Source: an uncultured bacterium (GTDB lineage: Bacteria > Patescibacteriota > Patescibacteriia > UBA9570 > XYC2-FULL-38-9). From it: DNA of 64,000 nt. Numbering within the stretch: position 1 is the first letter of the stretch; the number at the start of each line of letters is the position of its first letter. The stretch is from NCBI GenBank assembly GCA_937996685.1, contig CALKUP010000006.1, positions 1 to 64,000 of the forward strand, given 5' to 3'. A model generated the notes under the pieces. It saw nothing but the letters and a program-made list of their open reading frames with translations, made no database searches and had not been told where the DNA came from. This document shows, piece by piece, positions 59,592 to 64,000 of the stretch. The position numbers and the translations under genes are program-made.

Positions 59592-60905
59592 ATGTCAGAA
59601 CGATATACAACCAGACCGCGGTACACAAATGCTGTAGAAACACCCATTCAGTCTATAGCTGTCGACAACCGAACCCAGCACAGCGCTGAACCAACAATGG
59701 ATTTTGACAGCGACACCGAAGCGTCAACGTCTTTTGTTGCAAAGCCTGATGCGCCTCAAGCATCACAAGGTCGTGTGTCATCACAAGACGCACTCGCACA
59801 CCCCGGCGCAGAACAAGAACACACAGCTGTGGAGCACTCAAACAATCGCAATCCTGAACTCAATGCCCAGCGCGCAACACTCTATGCGCTTGTGGATGAA
59901 ATGAAAACTGATCATTCATGGGAAAATGCGTTTATCTACAACAGACTGATTCATCGCATGGGCCATCCGAAAGTCACTATCAGGGACAAGAAACCGTATC
60001 GCATTGATAAATTTCTCGGCCGAGGAGGCTTCAGCAGGACGCTTACTGTCTCTCAAGAAACTGGGCGCATGGATCGCGCACAATTTGTGATGAAAGTATC
60101 AAAACCGTTTTCGCTTGCCGCAATGAACGGAAGCGATCGACAGGCAGCATCGCATGCAAAAAATGCTTTACTTGAAATTGAAGCACTCCGACGCCTGTCA
60201 ACACTCGGCACGGAGAACCCAGCACCTGCTCTCGAAGCTGCCCAGCTCATTCCAGATCCTGACAACATGGATTCACGCATTGCAACAATTGTGATGGAAA
60301 AAATTCATGGCGAAACACTGCATGATTTTTTAGCAGAATCACTCTCATTAGATACTGGTATTGCGATTATTCAAAAAATGATTCACGCAATTTCTGTCAT
60401 TCACGAAGCTGGCATTATTCATGGCGACTTAAAAATGGAAAACATCATGGTGTATGACGAAAACCCTGCAAACACACCAAACGCAGAGGCCATTGATACT
60501 CCTCATTATCAAGTAAAAATTATTGACTTTGGCGGCTGCACCATCACAGATGAGCCGGATAGCCGTAAAGCCCAACAACGACTCTTGCACAACATTCCGC
60601 TACCAACATATCGCAAACGCGAGTTGTATCAATATACTCGTGACTTTGGACTGCCAAGGAAAACAGACGTCGCCGCACTCCGCGATGAATATAGTCTTGG
60701 TCATGTCATTCATACATATTTCACAGGTCTCTGGCGCAGAATTGCTATTGGGGAATATCCAAACACCATTTCACAACAAGTCGATACAATCGTGCATGGA
60801 TTAACCAGCACGGATGAAGCAACGCACATCACAATACTTGAAGCCGAACAAAAAATGGCAGCGGTGCATGCAGCAATTCTTAAATATCAAAACAAGGCGG
60901 ATTAA
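59592..60905 (+). CDS. Eukaryotic-like Ser/Thr protein kinase (non-RD: HGDLK), with disordered N-terminal region
   Basis: G-loop GRGGFS, VAIK-like FVMKVSKP, catalytic loop IIHGDLKMENIM, DFG (IIDFGG). I chose the ATG at 59592, which has an AGGA RBS. Confidence 0.8.
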   Translation: MSERYTTRPRYTNAVETPIQSIAVDNRTQHSAEPTMDFDSDTEASTSFVAKPDAPQASQGRVSSQDALAHPGAEQEHTAVEHSNNRNPELNAQRATLYALVDEMKTDHSWENAFIYNRLIHRMGHPKVTIRDKKPYRIDKFLGRGGFSRTLTVSQETGRMDRAQFVMKVSKPFSLAAMNGSDRQAASHAKNALLEIEALRRLSTLGTENPAPALEAAQLIPDPDNMDSRIATIVMEKIHGETLHDFLAESLSLDTGIAIIQKMIHAISVIHEAGIIHGDLKMENIMVYDENPANTPNAEAIDTPHYQVKIIDFGGCTITDEPDSRKAQQRLLHNIPLPTYRKRELYQYTRDFGLPRKTDVAALRDEYSLGHVIHTYFTGLWRRIAIGEYPNTISQQVDTIVHGLTSTDEATHITILEAEQKMAAVHAAILKYQNKAD

Positions 60906-61969
60906 TATTGCATCTTGTCGATTGTAATCGACGGATCACGCTGAAGCGCTTCAATATCAGACACCACTTCACCACGAAGTAATTTTTGATATCCGGCATA
61001 TCCAATCATTGCAGCGTTATCCGTTGAAAATTGCGGCGCGGGAAAAAATGTTGGAACACCAAGCTCTTTCATTGCAGAACGCAGTCGAGCACGTAATGTT
61101 TTATTCGCACTGACACCACCGCCAAGCAAAAACATTTTTGGTTGATACTCCTTCACCGCTTTAACTGTTTTATACACTAAGACATCAACAATTGCCTCTT
61201 CAACAGACGCACAATAATCTGGGATGATGCTTGCGAATGAATCCCCAAGCTCTGCTTTTAATGTGTTCGTGTTATAGAGACAGGCTGTTTTTAAACCGGA
61301 AAAACTAAAATGGTAATTATCACTATTTTTCATCGGACGTGGGAGCGGGTATTTCATTGGGTCGCCAGTTTCTGCGAATTTCGCGAGCACTTGCGCACCA
61401 GGATATCCGAGGTCTAACATACGCGCGATTTTATCAAACGCCTCGCCTGCCGCATCATCAAGCGTTTGTCCAATAATTGAATATGCGCCGAATTTCTCAG
61501 ACAAAATAAGCTCTGTATGCCCGCCAGACACACACAACGCCATTAATGGAAACGCAACTTCTTCGATGCCTGAATAAGTTTTGCCGGATGAGTTTTTAAG
61601 CAGTGCCGACAGTGCGTGACCTTCCATGTGATCCACTGCAATGAGCGGTAAATGATATTCTTGCGCTAATTGCTTTGCGTGACGGACTCCCACCTCAAGC
61701 GCTGGAGCAAGGCCTGGGCCGTATGTCACTGCAATGACTGTCAGACGATCAGCAGTTTTTAAGCCTGAGCGTTTTAACGCTGTCGCCACACACCCTTCAA
61801 TCATTTTTTCATGCTCACGCCGCGCAAGACTCGGAACAATGCCGCCCCACTCGCGATGCACATCAATTTGAGACGACACAATACTCGACAGCACACAATC
61901 ATTTTTCAAAACCGCGACAGAGGTGTCGTCGCATGATGTATCAATCGCTAAAATATATGAATCTTTCAT
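60902..61969 (-). CDS. tsaD: tRNA N6-adenosine threonylcarbamoyltransferase TsaD (Kae1/YgjD family)
   Basis: ILAIDTSCDDTSVAV...HMEGH; ASKHA fold with a metal-binding HxxH. Confidence 0.9.
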   Translation of the reverse strand: MKDSYILAIDTSCDDTSVAVLKNDCVLSSIVSSQIDVHREWGGIVPSLARREHEKMIEGCVATALKRSGLKTADRLTVIAVTYGPGLAPALEVGVRHAKQLAQEYHLPLIAVDHMEGHALSALLKNSSGKTYSGIEEVAFPLMALCVSGGHTELILSEKFGAYSIIGQTLDDAAGEAFDKIARMLDLGYPGAQVLAKFAETGDPMKYPLPRPMKNSDNYHFSFSGLKTACLYNTNTLKAELGDSFASIIPDYCASVEEAIVDVLVYKTVKAVKEYQPKMFLLGGGVSANKTLRARLRSAMKELGVPTFFPAPQFSTDNAAMIGYAGYQKLLRGEVVSDIEALQRDPSITIDKMQY

Positions 61970-61974
61970 ATCAC

Positions 61975-63060
61975 CTATTCGTGCGACAGAATTTCATATT
62001 CAAACAATCGCTCGGTTTCTGATGGCGCGGTAATCACAATTTTCACAACCGTCGCATCTCCGAGATATTGATCGATGTGCCCGGTGACTTTGTTCGCCCA
62101 TTCAATCACTGTCACATTTGGTGCGTGAAACATTTTTTCTGGCTCAAGTCCATCAATTTCCGTTGGTTCAAATAATCGATACGCATCAATATGATACAGC
62201 TTCACAGCCTTTTTCCCGATACGCGCTGGATATTCGCGGCAAATAATAAATGTCGGCGACACAACAATGTCTTGCACTTGTAACCGCTCGGCAAGCGCTT
62301 TTGTGAAATGCGTCTTCCCTGCTCCGAGGTCGCCTTGCAACAAAAATACAATCGCCTTTTTTCCAAGACTGGTATTCAGCTTTTCCCACAACTCTGTCAC
62401 AAAACGTGTCGTGTCCGCAAGAGAACTCGCCAAAAACTGTTTTTTATCTTCAAATGACAAGGCGCCTTCTCGAACAATATGCACTGTGTCGAGTGTTGTA
62501 TCAACGACTGTACTTGGTTTTCGTTTTGGAAGTCTGCCAGCGTCAATAATTAAATCGATGAGATCTTTTTGTTTTTTCGAAATACTACTCAACACATCGT
62601 CAATCGTGTACGGCGTTTTTTGATATGATGCATTTGCAGATGTTGCCGTAATTGGTGCGTCATATTGCTTTAATAACTCCAGCACTAACGGATAATCCGG
62701 AATACGCACCCCTTGTGTTCCCATGCTTGACGCCACGTGATCCGCGAGATTTCCATATCCTTTTGAAATAACAGTAATCGGGCCTGGCAAAAAATTATCA
62801 TACATATTTTTCGCTGCATGATTCATTTGAATATAGCGCATGGCCATTTTTTTATCAGCCACAGCGATCGATAACGGTTTGTCTGCTCGCTTGGACTTAT
62901 ACGCCAACAACTTGTCAATCGCCTCTTGATTGGTTGCATCTGCGCCAATCCCGTAACAGGTTTCTGTCGGGTAAATAACTAAGCCGCCAGCAGAAAGAAC
63001 CTCAATGGCTTTTGCGATGACTTCAGCGTGATTTGTTGGTGTGAGTGTAATGCGTTCCAT
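61975..63060 (-). CDS. Fusion protein: TsaC/YrdC (threonylcarbamoyl-AMP synthase) N-terminal domain + TsaE/YjeE (P-loop ATPase) C-terminal domain
   Basis: N-half: GGLVIYPTETCYGIGADATNQEAIDKLLAYKSKRADKPLSI (YrdC). C-half: LQGDLGAGKTHFTKALAERL...VVSPTFII (TsaE Walker A and SPTF). Confidence 0.8.
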   Translation of the reverse strand: MERITLTPTNHAEVIAKAIEVLSAGGLVIYPTETCYGIGADATNQEAIDKLLAYKSKRADKPLSIAVADKKMAMRYIQMNHAAKNMYDNFLPGPITVISKGYGNLADHVASSMGTQGVRIPDYPLVLELLKQYDAPITATSANASYQKTPYTIDDVLSSISKKQKDLIDLIIDAGRLPKRKPSTVVDTTLDTVHIVREGALSFEDKKQFLASSLADTTRFVTELWEKLNTSLGKKAIVFLLQGDLGAGKTHFTKALAERLQVQDIVVSPTFIICREYPARIGKKAVKLYHIDAYRLFEPTEIDGLEPEKMFHAPNVTVIEWANKVTGHIDQYLGDATVVKIVITAPSETERLFEYEILSHE

Positions 63061-63145
63061 GTGTATATTATTTGCTCAAACGCTATCATTATTATAAACA
63101 AAAATCAACCGCGCCTGGGTTGATCTTTGAACTATCATCGTTCTG

Positions 63146-63301
63146 CTATTTCTTCTTTTTTGGACGATTGTTGTTGGTTGGCTTTTTTGCTGCTTTTGCT
63201 TCAAGCATTGCCTTTTTGATCGCCAAGCGTTTCTTTGTTTTCTTTGGTGATTTCATTGCTGCTGTTGCGTTTCCGCCCATTGCACCCCATCGTTTTGCCA
63301 T
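63146..63301 (-). CDS. Possible small Lys-rich basic protein (51 aa)
   Basis: MAKRWGAMGGNATAAMKSPKKTKKRLAIKKAMLEAKAAKKPTNNNRPKKKK. A TTGACA-like hexamer lies just upstream but there is no clear RBS, so it may not be a gene. Confidence 0.25.
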   Translation of the reverse strand: MAKRWGAMGGNATAAMKSPKKTKKRLAIKKAMLEAKAAKKPTNNNRPKKKK

Positions 63302-63384
63302 AAAAATACTGTCAATAATTATTATCCATAATAGACTATCACACTCAAGCGAAAGAATCAACCCCTACAAAGAGCAGGCTGCTT

Positions 63385-64000
63385 CTATTTTTGCAGTGAG
63401 AAGTTGCCGTTTTTCGCAAGTTTCCAAGTGCGAGTCACTCGCTGCCCTGATTTTCCATAAGTAACGGTCACTTGTTTTTTAGCTTTATTCACAGACAGAA
63501 CAGGCTTTGAGAGGTCAGTAATTGAAAACTGTTGGGTTTTTTTGGTCGTCAACGCATTTCCGCTCGTTAATCGAAACGCAAAGACGCGGGCGGTTTTTTG
63601 TCTGGCTGTCGCGATAAACACAGAATCATAGCCGGCATACACCTTTTTCACAGCGATGCGATATTGTGCAGATGGCAGGGTTTTTGTTCCAATCGCCTTT
63701 TTTGCTGTGCGCTCGCCGTTCACGAACACGCGAATGTCTTTGCCGTTTGTGACAACGAGACGCTTTTTGTCTGTTGACAGTGCGTAGCGAAAATTCACAG
63801 ATGAGCCATACGGCGTAATTGTATCTGTCGCAGCATCAGCATACACCACGGTGACACGATTGTTGGTTTTTGTGACTGTTGTAATCTTGCCGTGATCTGT
63901 ATTTTCTTCTACTGGAGTAGGCTCTGGATCTCGAGCAACTGCTGCATTCACTGTCACTGTCCGAGTTGCAGTTGTTGTGTTACTTGAATCATCTGTTGCT
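63385..64000 (-). CDS. Hypothetical beta-rich protein; N-terminus beyond window end
   Basis: The reading frame stays open to nt 64000 with no in-frame stop upstream of the listed start. No recognisable family. Confidence 0.5.
   Translation of the reverse strand, partial: ATDDSSNTTTATRTVTVNAAVARDPEPTPVEENTDHGKITTVTKTNNRVTVVYADAATDTITPYGSSVNFRYALSTDKKRLVVTNGKDIRVFVNGERTAKKAIGTKTLPSAQYRIAVKKVYAGYDSVFIATARQKTARVFAFRLTSGNALTTKKTQQFSITDLSKPVLSVNKAKKQVTVTYGKSGQRVTRTWKLAKNGNFSLQK

Noticed and set aside
59342-59647. 101-aa minus-strand ORF
   Set aside because: It overlaps the region that carries RNase P RNA P4 motifs. It is more plausibly an ncRNA than a protein.
63072-63464. 130-aa plus-strand ORF rich in Phe/Ala
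   Set aside because: It is a low-complexity translation that spans an intergenic spacer and runs antisense to the start of the downstream gene. It is very likely spurious.
1-64000. CRISPR arrays, IS elements, integrases, tandem direct repeats
   Set aside because: I found no regularly spaced direct repeats, no transposase or integrase-like ORFs, and no inverted terminal repeats. The only gene-scale repeat is the divergent DUF3048 tandem duplication.

Overview
The window is a 64-kb chromosomal segment with about 43% GC and tightly packed, often overlapping genes. Most of it is housekeeping, and the gene content suggests a streamlined Gram-positive-type or Patescibacteria/CPR-like genome. Recognisable genes include dnaE (cut by the contig edge), a SEDS FtsW/RodA, rplY, fmt-def-priA, gltX, an EnvC-like M23 peptidase, an FtsQ-like protein, serS, lysS, greA, the mrdA-mreD-mreC-mreB elongasome operon, rseP, frr, the rpsI-rplM-rplQ-rpoA-rpsD-rpsK-rpsM-rpmJ-infA ribosomal block, alaS, tsaD and an RNase P RNA. 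Two loci of a Wzx/Wzy-type glycan pathway (GT4/GT2 glycosyltransferases, flippase, polymerase, Wzz/CpsC-like, WbaP-like priming transferase) are split across the ribosomal block. The most unusual items are: (1) an Illumina TruSeq adapter with an i5 index occupying nt 1-50; (2) LysRS fused in-frame to a YqeK-like HD domain, which I infer links Ap4A synthesis to an Ap4A-hydrolase-type module; (3) a TsaC-TsaE fusion next to tsaD; (4) a ClpC-like double-AAA+ unfoldase with an N-terminal zinc ribbon and two transmembrane helices, beside a GC-rich island carrying an orphan receiver domain; (5) a Mur-ligase-like protein with a polytopic membrane N-terminus and a Lys-to-Arg P-loop; (6) tandem DUF3048 paralogs followed by a processive GT2 synthase; (7) an RpoA that lacks the alpha-CTD. 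I found no CRISPR array, no tRNA and no obvious mobile element.
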